64,000 nucleotides of DNA from an uncultured Gemmatimonadaceae bacterium (GCA_963829055.1 CAWHHI010000003.1:160001-224000); one strand, 5' to 3'. Shown: positions 1 through 12,125, numbered from the stretch's first letter. The notes: generated by a model from the sequence alone, not told the origin. Program-made: numbers and translations.

Positions 1-1654
1 GCCCTCGCCGTTCGCCCGTTCTACGATGAGATGATCTCGCGTCAGGCACGCATCATCTTCGGCGCGATGCTCACCGTCGTCTCGTTCGTGCTGCTCATCG
101 CCTGCGCGAACGTCGCGAACCTGCTGCTCGCGCGCGCGGCATCGCGCAGCCGCGAGATCGCCGTCCGCGTCGCACTCGGTGCTTCACCGTCGAGTCTCGT
201 CAGGCAGCTTCTCGTCGAGTCGCTCGCTATCGCCATTCCCGGCGGCGTGCTCGGGCTCGCACTCGCGTGGGCCGGCGTCACGGTGTTCAACTCGACACTC
301 GGCTTCGAGCTCGCATTCTGGATGCGTATCGAAGTCGATGGAGCGGTGCTCGCGTTCACCACCGCCCTCGTCGGCATTGCCGCGCTCGCGGCGGGCCTCG
401 CGCCCGCGCGTCAGGCAGCGCGCGTGAGCGTCGGCGACGTGCTCAAGGACGAGGCGCGCGGATCTTCGTCGTTCCGCCTCGGTCGCGCGAGCCGAGTGCT
501 CGTGGTGGGCGAGGTCGCGCTGTCGTGCGCGTTGCTCGTCGTCACCGGGCTCATGGTGAAGGGCGTGCTCACGATCACGTCGCGTTATGTGGGCGCCGCG
601 CCTGAACAGGTGGCCACGGGCCGGCTCGAGCTTCGTGATGACGCGTACCCCGACGCCGCGGCTCGCGCGCGGTTGTTCGACGCGCTCGAGACGCGGCTCG
701 CTTCTCAGCCCGGCGTCACGTCGGCGACGCTCGCCTCACACCTGCCGGGCAACAGCGCCCAAGCCACGCCGATCGAGATCGGTGGTGTTCGGTACGACAG
801 CAAGCAATCCTTTCCCGAGAGCCGCGTCGTCGCCATCTCGCCCACCTTCTTCACGACGTTCGGTGCGGCGCTGTTGCAGGGTCGGCCGTTCTCGCGTGCC
901 GATCGCGCGGGCGCGCCGTTGGTGGCGATCGTGAATCGCACGTTCGCCGAGCGGTTCTTCAACGGCGACGCGGTGGGCCGGCAGGTGCGGGTGAGGGAAA
1001 AGGGAGAATGGGCGACGGTGGTTGGCATCGCGCCGGTGCTCGGGACGGTGGGAGGCAATGGCGATTTCGCAGGCACCGACGCGATCTACCTGCCGCTCGC
1101 ACAATCCGAGTACAGCAACGTCGCCGTCGCGGCGCGCACTCGGGGCGACGCGACAGCACTCGTCACCTCACTCCGCGACGTCGTCGCTGATCTGGATCCG
1201 GACGTGCCGCTGTATCAGGAAGGGCGCCTCGACGCGACGCTGGCGCAGGCAAGCCAGGGCGAGAAGGTGTTCGGCGGCCTGTTCACGTTCTTCGGGATCT
1301 CGGCGCTGCTGCTGGCGGTCGTCGGGCTGGTGGGCGTGCTCGCGTTCTCGGTGAGTCGTCGGACGCGCGAGCTCGGCATCCGCATCGCGCTCGGCGGACG
1401 TACCGGATCGATCCTTTGGCTCGTGTTGCGCGGCGGCATGATCCAGCTGCTGACCGGCCTAACGATTGGCCTGGCACTGGCGGCGGCCGTGGCGCCGCAG
1501 TTCGGTGAAGCGCTGTTCAACCAGAAGCCACATGACCCGACGGTGTACGCGGGCTGTCGGATTGACGCTGATTCTGTGTGGGGTGATTGCCGCGATTGTT
1601 CCCGCGCGCCGCGCGCTCAGTGTCAGCCCAATGGTAGCGCTTCGATCCGAGTAA
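1..1654 (+). CDS. ADOP/MacB-FtsX family ABC transporter permease, 5' truncated by the window edge, frameshift near 1555
   Basis: Motifs LLIACANVANLLLAR, REIAVRVALGA and SVSRRTRELGIRIALG. The typical C-terminus VPARRALSVSPMVALRSE* lies in a second frame (ORF 1466..1654). Confidence 0.9.
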
Positions 1655-1685
1655 CCCGATTGCTGCCTGCAGGTCGTTGCGCCGC

Positions 1686-2017
1686 CATCGTCGCGCCGGG
1701 CCGGTGGGGACTGCGATTGGGCGGATCTGTACTGCGAAACTAGCCGGATACACCTTTGCATTGAGGCACCATCGCGCCGCGACCAGGGGAACGGCGATCG
1801 GATGACGCGGAAGAAGCAGGATAGCGCCCGGTAGGGCCGGCTCCTCCCGCAACGAGCCGGGAATTCTTTGGAACGGCCGCTCGGGAGACTCCGGCGTCCC
1901 GAGCGGCCGTCCATTATTTCTCAGGGTCCGGCGAGAGCCAGCGTCGAATGCAAAGCAGGATCCGGCTGTTTTGCAGTTCATCCGCCCAATCGCAGTTCCC
2001 ACCGGCCCCGGCGCAAC
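1686..2017. repeat. Dispersed long inverted-repeat element, family A, copy 1
   Basis: About 70 bp imperfect terminal inverted repeats (gcgccgggccggtggggactgcgattgggcggat ... atccgcccaatcgcagttcccaccggccccggcgc) and a central hairpin acggccgctcggga...tcccgagcggccgt. Homologous to copies at 36.1, 37.2, 52.5 and 62.3 kb. Confidence 0.9.
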
Positions 2018-2037
2018 GGACAGCGTCGAAACACGCG

Positions 2038-2313
2038 TTAGGTGCCGGCCGGGCGCCGACCTCGGAGGCGCTCGTAGAGTCTCGCAATGATCGGAGTCAC
2101 GAGGATCGTCGCCCCAATACGGATCGGCTGCGTCAGCTTCGTCGCAATGTAGGCGGCTGTGAACGCGCCCACACTCCCGGCCGTGCTGGAAGGGCGCCAT
2201 CCGAACCGGATGCCCAACCAGAATCCACCGAGCACGGCGAAGAAGATCACGAAGTACACGATGACGGCTACCGTGCCGTACTCGGTCAACAGCTTTTGAA
2301 CAGTCTTTTTCAC
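2038..2313 (-). CDS. Small membrane protein, DUF1279/FAM210-like
   Basis: 91 aa with LLTEYGTVAVIVY and FTAAYIATKLTQPIRIGAT, matching the family pattern as I recall it; two hydrophobic segments. Confidence 0.65.
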   Translation of the reverse strand: MKKTVQKLLTEYGTVAVIVYFVIFFAVLGGFWLGIRFGWRPSSTAGSVGAFTAAYIATKLTQPIRIGATILVTPIIARLYERLRGRRPAGT

Positions 2314-2389
2314 GGGATGGAATCGATCGGGGCGGCCCAGGGGACGCGGGTAAGATAGTCACCGCCACCGATTCCCGATTCCCGACCAA

Positions 2390-2760
2390 CTACTCGAGTC
2401 GCAGTGCCGCGATCAGATCCGCCCTCGTCGCCCTACGTGCTGGAACGACACACGCCGCCAACCCAGCGAGCGTCAACGTGATCGCCACGCCGATGAATAC
2501 CGCCGGGTCGGTCGGACCGCACGCGGGCGGCGAGATTCATGACGCCGGTCCCGAATCCCGCGTTAGGCCGTGCATCGCAAAATACATGAGGTCCGGGGCC
2601 GTCACTCGCCTGACCGTACACGCGGACGTCAGCGACGACACCAATGATCTCGCCCGTGAATGGCTTGCCGAAGTCGACGACCAGCCGTTTTCCCGATCGG
2701 GGTCGCACCAAGCGCGGCGTCATCCGGGTGACGCCTTGCGCCGCGTTAGGCCGACGCGTC
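2390..2760 (-). pseudogene. Internally deleted remnant of an ADOP-type ABC permease
   Basis: The reverse strand reads EIIGVVADVR (periplasmic motif), followed almost directly in another frame by PTDPAVFIGVAITLTLAGLAACVVPARRATRADLIAALRLE* (C-terminal signature; TAG at 2390-2392). The 5' limit is approximate. Confidence 0.7.
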
Positions 2761-2952
2761 CCGGAAGGGTGCCGTAGTGCTCGAGGGACCGGCGAGCCTA
2801 TGCGAACCGCTCGACAGGCGATCCTACAGAGGGTCCAACTCAACTGCTGCGGCTGCCAACGAACCCTCAGATTCGGGCTTTGTTTGGTACGAGTTCTGCA
2901 ATCCTACCCGGTCCGCGATTCCAACAATTCGTATGCGACGTAGGAGGAAGGG

Positions 2953-3186
2953 ATGAGCACGAATCGCTCGAACCAGGCCGGGCAGCAGCAGGCTGACGAT
3001 CAGTCGAACACGATCAAGGACCCTAACGAGTGGACGACGGGCGACGAGCCGATGACCGGCGCCCAGCGCTCATATCTCAAGACGCTGTCGGACGAAGCGA
3101 AGGAGCCGTTCGACGAGAATCTCACGAAGGCTGACGCGTCGAAGCGGATCGACGAGCTGCAGGATAAGACGGGGCGCGGAAAGTAA
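2953..3186 (+). CDS. DUF3072 domain small protein
   Basis: KDPNEWTTGDEPMTGAQRSYLKTLS...LTKADASKRIDEL; RBS aggagg upstream. Confidence 0.85.
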   Translation: MSTNRSNQAGQQQADDQSNTIKDPNEWTTGDEPMTGAQRSYLKTLSDEAKEPFDENLTKADASKRIDELQDKTGRGK

Positions 3187-3216
3187 GGGCCGCCGCGCGC
3201 GACGACCACGCTCGTG

Positions 3217-3263
3217 GAAAAGATCACGGGCCGCCGGATTTCTCGGCGGCCCGTGATCTTTTC
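3217..3263. terminator. Probable bidirectional intrinsic terminator
   Basis: gaaaagatcacgggccgccg-loop-cggcggcccgtgatcttttc between convergent genes. Confidence 0.8.
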
Positions 3264-3300
3264 GTGACTCGCGCGGCGCCGTTAGGCGCCGGTTTGCCGA

Positions 3301-4776
3301 CTACTTGCCCTGCATGTTGAACGAGTTCGAGGTGAGCACCTGCGCGCCGGCGAAGTCAATCTTGCCGGTCGTCGCGTTCACCAAAGCGACCTGGAAGGCG
3401 ACGTTGTAACCACCGGCCTTCGTCAGGTAGACCTCGTCGAATGAGGCGATCCCCGTCGACTTTCCGGTAATGGGGTCGGCGGCAACGTACCGCGTTGCTG
3501 TCGGGGCCGGGGCGCCGTTCTTTCCATCCTTGAAGTAGGCGATAACGCTGCTGTTTCCGACGACGGAGATGGCAACCGGCGTTCCGACTGCAGCGTTCAC
3601 AGGGATCTTGGTGATCCCGTCCGCGGCGCACCGAGTCCACGGTCACTCTGATCGTCACTGCACTGCCGCCGCTGTATTTGCAACGGCTTCGACGTCTGCC
3701 CATCGGCAATGGTGCCCAGGCCACTGAGCAAGTACTGCGACAGGTCGTAAACAGCGCTCGGGCTGAGGCTTCCGAGGTCCCTGCCAACGAGACCGGCGAA
3801 CAGCGGCGTTCAACTCCTGCGGAGCGAAGTAATGCACCGCGCGTCGCGCCAACCCAATCGGATTCAAGGCCGCGTAGACTGACGACGACGAGGTATCAAG
3901 GATTGCGCTCGGGCCGGGGATGCACGACGGGGAAGCTCAAGGCCCCGAACTCACCAGCGTGATTAACGCGGCTACCTGCTGGCGCGTCGATTCCACACAG
4001 TCCGATCTTGAGCGACATGGTGAACGTCGGAGCTGATCATCGGAATGCTCCGGTGATCGAACGAGCTGCCGAACTTCGCGGGAACGGCGGTGGTGCTAGT
4101 CTGGTAGCCGTAGATGAAGACGCGCTTCAGGCTGAGTTGCCGAGTGTCCCGCCGATGGAAGCAGCCCAGTCGGGCACGCCCGCGACACTGACTCCCGGCT
4201 GGAGGACCCAGAATGTGCTCGAACCGACCGCCTGCTTGTTACGCTCGAAGATGCCGGTAGCGTCGGTGTTCTGTGCCGCGGACTTCGAACGCCCAGTGAC
4301 TGCCCAGCGCTCAGGCCAAACGCCACCGCCACCTGGCGGCGTCGGCTCCAGTGCGTCAGCGGTGAATGCCGACTCCGTACAGAGGAGGAAGCCTTTTACC
4401 AACCGGTCGAAGATCAGCGCGGTGACGTCTGAACTTTGGTCAGCTGTGCCGCGGATCGCGGCGATTCGCGAAAGGCCATCGAGGGCCTTGTTCGTCGCCA
4501 CGCGGGTATACCCGTTCTTCGACACCTCGGCGCCAAGGTCGCCGGCAATCGTAACCAGTGCATCGTTCGATTTCTTGGCATACGCCCTGGCGTCCGACTT
4601 GAGCTGGGTGGCGTCGCACGAGCCGGTGAGCCAGATGGCCGCGCCGGAGGAGTCCCTACTGCAAGACTCGGCCGTATCGGGTTCACGGCGGTCGGCGCCG
4701 AGGCTGGCTGATCGCTGCACGCAACGAGTGCCGCACCAGCAGCAAGGGCAAGTCCAGTTCGCAGCAGGGGTCGCAT
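3301..4776 (-). CDS. Hypothetical exported lipoprotein, several frameshifts
   Basis: Signal peptide and lipobox MRPLLRTGLALAAGAALVAC. Coding-like continuation runs through ORFs 4127..4837 and 3301..3600. Confidence 0.55.
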
Positions 4777-4885
4777 GGGTTCCTAATAGAGAGAGTGTTA
4801 CTAGACGACAGCGCGCGGCGACAGATGAATGACACATCTGTCGCTACGCACCGGATAAACATACGCTAATCCGGTCAGCCGTCGG

Positions 4886-7463
4886 TTAGTTCGGCGGCTT
4901 TACGAGTGCCTGGTAGCGAGGATCTGAGCGAAGGTCCTGCAACCACCACGATTTGTCGTTCGCCGCGAATGCCCGCTGGTTCGGGTTGGCGGCGTAGGTA
5001 CTTCGCGATCGAGCTCCAGCGCTGACTCCTTGTCACCCGCCTGCGCGTAAACAGTCGCAGCGATATTCATGAGCTCGCCAGTCGGATCAACCTGGGAATC
5101 ACCCTGCGACGTCGCCGCCAGTGCCTTGGCGCTATCGAGCTGGTTGGCCCGCACGAGCGCCAATGCAACCATCAGCTTTCCCTTCAGCTTGTAGAATTCC
5201 TGTCGATTGGGTGGCGCCATCTGAACAATCTGCTCGTACGTTTTCCAGACGTCCGCCATGTCGAACTTGGGACCGGGCAACGTGTACAGCCAGCAGCTTG
5301 CACTCTGTGAGGAGGAAGTTGTCCGGGAACCGACGGTTCCCCTCGTTGCACCAACGAACCGCCTCGTCGCGAAGGCCGAGGTCGGCCGACGCGCCAAAGA
5401 GTCTGTACGATGGTGCGATCGACGTCGGTGAGGTAGGGATCGGCGTTCAGAGCCTCCTCCGCAGCGAGCTTCGCCTGCGAGAGCTGCTGCTTGTTGAACA
5501 GGAGGTGGCTCAACACGTTCCAGGCGCGTGGCGCGCCGTTGATCGGCGGCGATCGATGCCCTCAGGTCCTGCTCGGCGGAAGCCAGCAGCGCATTTGCGG
5601 CCGTGGGGTTCGGCGTGAGGTTGTTCAGCCACTGCCAATAGTGAAGCGTGCCTCGCGCCTCGATGGCGTCGGCGTCGCCGGGCGCCTTCTTGAGCGCGCG
5701 CTCGGCGTGCGCCAAACCCGGCATCGATGGTCTTGCGAAGTTCTCGTCCGAAGCGCCAATGAGGCGAGCCGTTCGGTACGCGAGCCACGCGCGCGCGACA
5801 ATCGGTTCGCGCCAGTTCTCGTCCAGAGCCTCGACTTTCGCGAGCGCCGAATCGGCGCTCGCCGATCTTCTGCAGTGCCGACGGGACATCACGCGCCTTG
5901 ATCAAGCGCGTCGACTTCACGCGTCGTCTGCCGGGCGCGCTGCATGGCGTCCCACGCGGCGGCATTTCGCGTCCCCGCCTTGCTGACGAGCTCCTGAATC
6001 TCGAGCCCGACGCGCTTCCTCAGGAACAGGGACACGTCGTGCGCGAGCGAGATCCTGCAGCTCGAGCAGGCTTATCCGGTGACTGCTCGATCTTCGTGTT
6101 GGCGCAGCTGGTCACCGCGTCAGCGCGTCAACGAGCCGGACCTCCACCCTGAGCCGCCCGTCGCTCGCCGGCGTCACGATGCCGCGTCACGAGCGTCCCG
6201 ACCTTGAGGACCTTCGCGACGCTGTCAGGCCGCGGCGACGTCCCTTTGAACGGCGCCACGCCGTTTCCGGAAATGACCTTGAGCTGTTGCACCGCGCTCA
6301 GCTCGTTGATGAGCGCTTCGGTGATGCCGTCAGCGATGTGCTGCACCTGCTTCCCGGGGCTCCGGTCATCGAAGTACAGCACCGCGATGTTGCTCTTCGC
6401 GTAATCGCCAGTGAGCCCTTCCGGCGGTGACGTGCCTTGCGTCTTCTGCCACGCGAACCAGCCACCGGCCGCCAGCAGCGGCACCGCCACGGCGGCGGCG
6501 ATCATCGCGGTCTTCTTTTTCTTCGCTCCGTCGCCTAACGACGGAACCTCGACCGTCCCGGCCGCGATCGCGTTCTGCCGGATGCTGTCGCGCCGACGCC
6601 GCGCCGCGCCATCGCTGTCCACCAGCGCGGCGCTGAAGTCGGTGGCCGAGCGGAAGCGATCCGCCGGGCACCTTCGCCATCGCGCGGACGATCGCGTCCT
6701 CGACCGCATCCGGCACCGTGCCGCGCACGATCTTGAGACTCGGCACGTTGTCGAGCGAATGCCGCGCGAGCAGCGCCATCGCCGTCGGACCGGTGAACGG
6801 CGGCTGACCGGCGAGCATCTCGTACGTCACGCAGGCGAGGCTGTAAATGTCGCTCTCGGGCGTGACGTCCTTGCTCCCCATCGCCTGCTCGGGCGACATG
6901 TACGTCGGCGTGCCGACGGCCATGCCCGTTCGCGTCAGCGTCTCGCCGCCGGCGACCGAGACGGCGCGAGCGATGCCGAAATCGGCGACGAGGGCGCCCG
7001 TCTCATCGAGCAGGATGTTCTCCGGCTTGATGTCGCGATGGATGACGCCCTTGGAGTGCGCGTACGCGAGCGCGTCCGCGACCTGCTGCGTGATCGAGAA
7101 TCGTGTCGTCGACCGAGAGCTGCTTCTCGCGATTCAACTTGTCGCGCAACGTGGCGCCGTCCACGAACGGCATCACGTAGTACAACACGCCGTCCGCCTG
7201 CCCCGAGTCGAGCACGCCGACGATGCGCGGGTGCTGGAGCACGGTGCCGACGTCGATCTCGCGTAGGAAGCGTTCCATGCCGAGCGTGACCGCGAGCTCC
7301 GGCAACAGCACCTTCACCGCGACGTACCGGTCTCTGCGTTAGGTCACGAGCGAGGTAGACGGTCGCCATTCCTCCACGTCCCGAGCTCGCGCTCGAACGC
7401 GTAGCGCCCGGCGAGGGCGTTCTGGAGGGTCGACAGCGATATGTTGGAAGTCGTCGCTTCCAC
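4886..7463 (-). CDS. Ser/Thr protein kinase with TM, TolB-like and TPR-like regions, frameshifted
   Basis: ELGRGGMATVYLARD, GTPTYMSPEQ, SDIYSLACV and IAVLYF...GITEALINELS across frames. C-terminus WWLQDLRSDPRYQALVKPPN* ends at 4886; GTG start at 7463. Confidence 0.85.
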
Positions 7464-7661
7464 GGATCCCTCGAACGAACGCAACGACGCAAACATACGA
7501 TTCCACGGAATATCACGAACAATCCGTGGCGCCGGTCACAGTGCCCGACAGATTACACCAATCTTACCATTTGTTCCTACTATATAGGGCATGGGACGCC
7601 GAGACGGCTAGGGATACCCTGCGCCTCGCGCGTTTCCAGAAGCAGAGCTCGGCTGGCGGCG

Positions 7662-9259
7662 TTAGTCACCGAGCCGCGGCGGTTTTCTCCACTGAGTCGC
7701 CTGCTCGTACGCGTACGCCAGGCGGATCAGCGTCTCCTCCGCCCACGGGCGTCCGAAGAACTGGAGCCCAGCGGGCAGGACACCGCGCGTGTATCCCATC
7801 GGCACCGTGACCGCGGGAAAGCCCGTGCTTGGTGAGAAGAGCTGACTGTTGTCGCCAGCCGGAGTGTTGAGGTCGCCGATGAGACGCGGTGGGTTGCTCC
7901 ATGTTGGATAGACGAACGCGTCGAGCCGATTCGCGTCCATGACGCGAAGCACCGCAGTACGGAGGCCTTCGCGGAACCGGTCGCGCGCCGCACAGCCGGG
8001 ATTACGCGTCAGGCGGAAGTGACTCGGCCTGCGCGGCGGTCAACCGAACCTCGATCGACGGGTGAAAGCGACGCGACTTGATGAGGTCGGCAAGTGTCTT
8101 CACTGGCAGCGTCGTATCATTTCGCGACGCGAGGAACCCATCGAAGTCGAACTTGAACGGGTTGCAGCCCGCCGCTCTGTGCGCGACGGAGCGAGTCGAG
8201 CTCGGGGATGACCACGGAATCGATTACCGTGGCGCCGCGCGCGCGCAGCTCCGCGACCGCGCGACCGAACACCCGGACGACTTCCGTGTCCGTGGTGGCC
8301 GTCAGGTACGCCTGGGGTAACACGCCGATCCGCGCGCCCTGCAGACCGTCACGTCGCAGCGCCTTCGCGTAGTCGGGCACCGCGCGATTCCGGCTCGGTT
8401 CAGTGGCCGCATCGTTAGGGTCGTAGCCGGCAACGACCTGGAACACGGCCACGGCATCGGTGACGGTGCGCGCCATCGGGCCGGCGATATCCGACGCGAG
8501 GTTGAGCGGCACGACGCCGGCACGACTCGTTAGGCCCATGGTGGAGCGGATGCCGACCAGCGCGTTGTGCGCCGACGGGCCGCGGATGGAGTTGCCCGTG
8601 TCCGTCCCGAGCCCGACGACGCCGAAGCTCGCGGCCACGGCGGCGCCCGTCCCGCCACTCGACCCGGCCGTCACGCGGTCGAGTGCATACGGATTCTTCG
8701 TATAGCCGGGCAGGATCGAGCTCACCGTCTCGACCGGCGAGAACGCGAGCTCCGCCATGTTCGACTTGGCGAGGACAATCGCGCCGGCGTCCTCGATCCG
8801 CTTCACCATCGTGGCGTCTTCGCGCGGCGTCCACCCCCGCAGCGCGAGCGATCCGGCGGTGGTCTGCAGGCCGGCCGTCTGGTAGTTGTCCTTCACGATC
8901 ATCGGCACGCAGTGCAGTGGCCCCACCAGCGTGCGCGTCGCGGCGAATCGCCGGTCGAGCGAGTCGGCGATCGCGAGAGCTTTGGGATTCGTGACGACGA
9001 TCGCGTTGATCGCGGGCCCGCGCTTGTCGTACGACTCGATGCGCGCGAGATACCCGGCGACAATGGCGTGGCACGTGGTGCTGCGCTGCCGGAGCGCTGC
9101 ATGCACGTCCGCGATGGTCGCTTCCGCAAAGCGGAATGCCGGACGTGCCTGTTGAGCCTCCGCGTGTCGTGGCACACTTACCAGAACGCTCACGAGAGCG
9201 GCGATGAGTGCGGCGGCGAGCGCGAGACGGCGAGGCGTGTTGGTGGTGGCGATATGCAT
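7662..9259 (-). CDS. Amidase signature family protein, secreted, frameshifted near 8150
   Basis: [33 protein letters not shown]-terminal [26 protein letters not shown] in ORF 7662..7952. Confidence 0.9.
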
Positions 9260-9410
9260 ACGAGGCGGTTGTCGGCCGAAGCGGGTCGGTACGAAAGCTG
9301 CCGACCGAGCGAATCCTGCCACAAGAGCGCGCCCCGCAAGAGTGCACGCGAGTGCACGCGAGTGCACGCTGCTCTTCCATCCTGTCTCGCGAGTCACCAT
9401 TACCACAGAG

Positions 9411-10316
9411 ATGTTCGATATCTCGCAAGCGTGGGCGACAATTCAGCGCCTCGCGAACGGCTTCATGGCCATGCTGCCGCGATTCATTCTCGCGGTGTTG
9501 CTGGCGTGGGGCTTCACGTTCGTCGGCCGTCTCGCGCGTCGCCTGGTCGAGCGCGGGACGGCGCAGCGGCGCGAGCATCGCACGCTGCAGATCGCGCTCG
9601 GCCGACTCGTGCAGGCGGCGATCGTCGTCGTCGGACTGCTGGTCGCCGCGACCGCGGCATTCCCGACTTTCACGATGGCAAACCTCGTCGGCACGCTCGG
9701 CGTCGGGGGCGTGGCAATCGGGTTCGCGTTCAAGGACATCTTCCAGAACTTTCTCGCCGGGATCCTGCTCCTGTTGACGAAGCCGTTCACCGTCGGCGAT
9801 CAGATCATCTTCAAGGATTTCGAGGGCACGGTCGAGGACATCCAGACGCGCGCGACGTATCTCAAGACGTACGACGGCCGGCGTGTGGTGATTCCGAACT
9901 CCGATCTCTACATGAACGCGGTGACGGTGAACACCGCGTTCGCCATTCGCCGCGTGGAGCACGACGTCAGTATCGCGATCGAGGACGACGTCGACGAGGC
10001 GAAGCGGTCGATGCTCGGCGTGATGCGCGGGGTCGACGACGTGCTGCGGGATCCCGGGCCGGACGTCCTCGTCGTGGGCATTGGCGATTCGACGGTGAGC
10101 CTGCGCGCGCGATGGTGGGCGAACTCGAAGCTGCCTGACGCGCTCATCGCCCAGGACCGTGTGCTCGCCGGCATCAAGTCACGACTGCAGGCGGACGGGA
10201 TTCATCTCACCGGGCCAAAGGACGACTCCACTGTGGCAACCGTGGCCGTGCAGGCGACAGGAACCGAGGGGACGAGCAGTGAAGCGGGCGAGGATGGCAG
10301 TACGAGTAGGGGGTAG
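9411..10316 (+). CDS. MscS family mechanosensitive channel
   Basis: Three TM segments, GVAIGFAFKDIFQNFLAGILLLLTKPFTVGD and RVVIPNS. Confidence 0.9.
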   Translation: MFDISQAWATIQRLANGFMAMLPRFILAVLLAWGFTFVGRLARRLVERGTAQRREHRTLQIALGRLVQAAIVVVGLLVAATAAFPTFTMANLVGTLGVGGVAIGFAFKDIFQNFLAGILLLLTKPFTVGDQIIFKDFEGTVEDIQTRATYLKTYDGRRVVIPNSDLYMNAVTVNTAFAIRRVEHDVSIAIEDDVDEAKRSMLGVMRGVDDVLRDPGPDVLVVGIGDSTVSLRARWWANSKLPDALIAQDRVLAGIKSRLQADGIHLTGPKDDSTVATVAVQATGTEGTSSEAGEDGSTSRG

Positions 10317-10324
10317 CTATTCAG

Positions 10325-10577
10325 GGCAACGGCAACTGCAACTGCATGACAGGATTGGCAGGATGGACAGGATTGAACAGAGGCTCCGTGCCACACGCAG
10401 GGCCCCTCCCGCAACGAGCCGGGAATGAGGGGAACGGCCGCTCGGGACGCCACTATCTCTGAGATGTGTTCCCCCAGTCGTTAGGCCCCAGCGACGCGCT
10501 CCCCGACGCCGAGGCAGTCATCTTCTCAATCCTGCCAATCCTGGCCATCCTGTCTTGCAGTTGCGGTTGCCGTTGTC
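10325..10577. repeat. Inverted repeat pair enclosing a partial family A core
   Basis: 10325-10378 (ggcaacggcaactgcaactgcatgacaggattggcaggatggacaggattga) pairs with 10525-10577; family A core fragment at about 10405-10451. Confidence 0.75.
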
Positions 10578-10611
10578 GTGCGTGGCGAACAGTTCGGTGA
10601 TGACGACGCAA

Positions 10612-10642
10612 AGCCCCCGCGCTGCCAGGCAGCGCGGGGGCT
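10612..10642 (-). terminator. Hairpin terminator downstream of the metallopeptidase gene
   Basis: agcccccgcgctgcc-a-ggcagcgcgggggct, a near-perfect palindrome followed by TTT on the minus strand. Confidence 0.6.
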
Positions 10643-10687
10643 CGGTCCTTCCCGGGTCCCTGTTCCCGGTTCCCTGTTCCCTGTTCT

Positions 10688-11566
10688 TTATCGTCCCAAA
10701 CTTCCGAACGTATCGCACGAGTTCGGGTTGCCGCTCTCCATGCCGCGCCGGAACCACTGCGCGCGCTGCGCCGCCGAGCCATGCGTGAACGTGTCCGGGC
10801 GAATCCGGCCCGTCTGCTGCGCCTGGATGCGGTCGTCGCCCACCGCGGACGCCGCGCCAAGGGCCTCGTCGACGTCGCCCTCCTGCAGGAGCTTCCGTTG
10901 ACTCGTGCTGTTCGCCCACACGCCGGCAAAGCAGTCCGCCTGAAGCTCGAGCGCCACCGACATCTGGTTCGCTGAACCCGGGCGGGACTCCTGCAGCTGG
11001 CGCACGCGCTGCTCGATGCCGAGCAGGTGCTGGACGTGGTGGCCGAGCTCGTGTGCGATCACGTAGGCCTGGGCGAAGTCGCCGGGTGCGCCGAAGCGCT
11101 TCGCGAGCTCGTCGAAGAAGCTGACGTCGAGGTAGACCCGCTGATCGACCGGGCAATAGAACGGACCGACGGCCGCCGGGGCGTCACCGCATCCGGTCTG
11201 CACGCCATCCCGGAAGACGGCGAGGCGCGCATCATGGTACTGCTCGCCCCCTACCTTGGGCAGCAGCTGCGTCCACGTCTGCTGCACATCGTCGAGTATG
11301 AACGACACGAACTGCACGCGCTTTTCCTCTTCGGGCGTGCTGTTGACGGGCTGCTGGGCTTCGCCCGGCGCGGTCTGCTGCGGCACGGGAGCGCCGCCAC
11401 TGCCGCTCCCGTCGAAGATGTTCACGCCGAACACGGCGCTCAGGATCAGCGCGATGATCGCGCCGCCGATTCCCATGCCGCGTCCGCCGATCATTCGCCC
11501 GCCGCCGCCCGTCTGCCCGCGGAGGTCATCGAGATTCTTGCTAGGCCCACCGGGTGTCCAGCGCAT
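10688..11566 (-). CDS. Neutral zinc metallopeptidase (YpfJ-like)
   Basis: GPFYCP, GDFAQAYVIAHELGHHVQ (HExxH), ELQADCFAG and FTHGS. Confidence 0.9.
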   Translation of the reverse strand: MRWTPGGPSKNLDDLRGQTGGGGRMIGGRGMGIGGAIIALILSAVFGVNIFDGSGSGGAPVPQQTAPGEAQQPVNSTPEEEKRVQFVSFILDDVQQTWTQLLPKVGGEQYHDARLAVFRDGVQTGCGDAPAAVGPFYCPVDQRVYLDVSFFDELAKRFGAPGDFAQAYVIAHELGHHVQHLLGIEQRVRQLQESRPGSANQMSVALELQADCFAGVWANSTSQRKLLQEGDVDEALGAASAVGDDRIQAQQTGRIRPDTFTHGSAAQRAQWFRRGMESGNPNSCDTFGSLGR

Positions 11567-12125
11567 CGTTGTGCCTCGACTCGTTCACAGTGAACCCTGC
11601 CATAATGCAGGAGCCGAGCCGCAATTTCCGGAATCCTTCGCGGACGAGCTCGACGGTGTTTGATGGTGTCGACCGCGTCCCGGGAGTGCAAGGAGACCGT
11701 CGCGCGGCGACGGACGGCGCTCTTGCCCGTCGCGACAGCGTTCGCCGTTGCCAATGCTGGCAACAGGGCCGGCTTCGCCTGCTATCGACATCCAACCCGC
11801 AATCCAGAAGCGCTCGACGCCAACAGCTCGACGCTCGGGTGTCGCGTTAGGCGCGACTGTCGGGCTCAGCCGGACGCGTCGATGCATCATCGCATGATCG
11901 CTGCCCGCCACTGCTGCTGCGCGGTTCATCAACGGGCCTTTCAGCACGTGTTGACGCCTCACGATACACGTACTTAGTATCGCCCATCCAGGCGGCGTGC
12001 CGGCGCGATCTGTGCTGTGCCGCTTGATGAGAATCGCGAGCTGAGTCGCGAAATGGCCACGCTTGCGTCGTTCGCGTGAGGCGGCGCAGCGATGGCGTCC
12101 ATGTACGCCTTGGAGGAGCTTACCC

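Noticed and set aside
1517..2389. ORFs crossing family A copies (e.g. MQSRIR..., MGTAARD..., also at 36.1, 37.2, 52.5 and 62.3 kb) as a protein family
   Set aside because: Their similarity comes from the DNA repeat; reading frames and stops are not conserved between copies.
9339..9369. gagtgcacgc x3 between the amidase and mscS genes as an operator
   Set aside because: A short tandem repeat seen only once; nothing supports a regulatory role.
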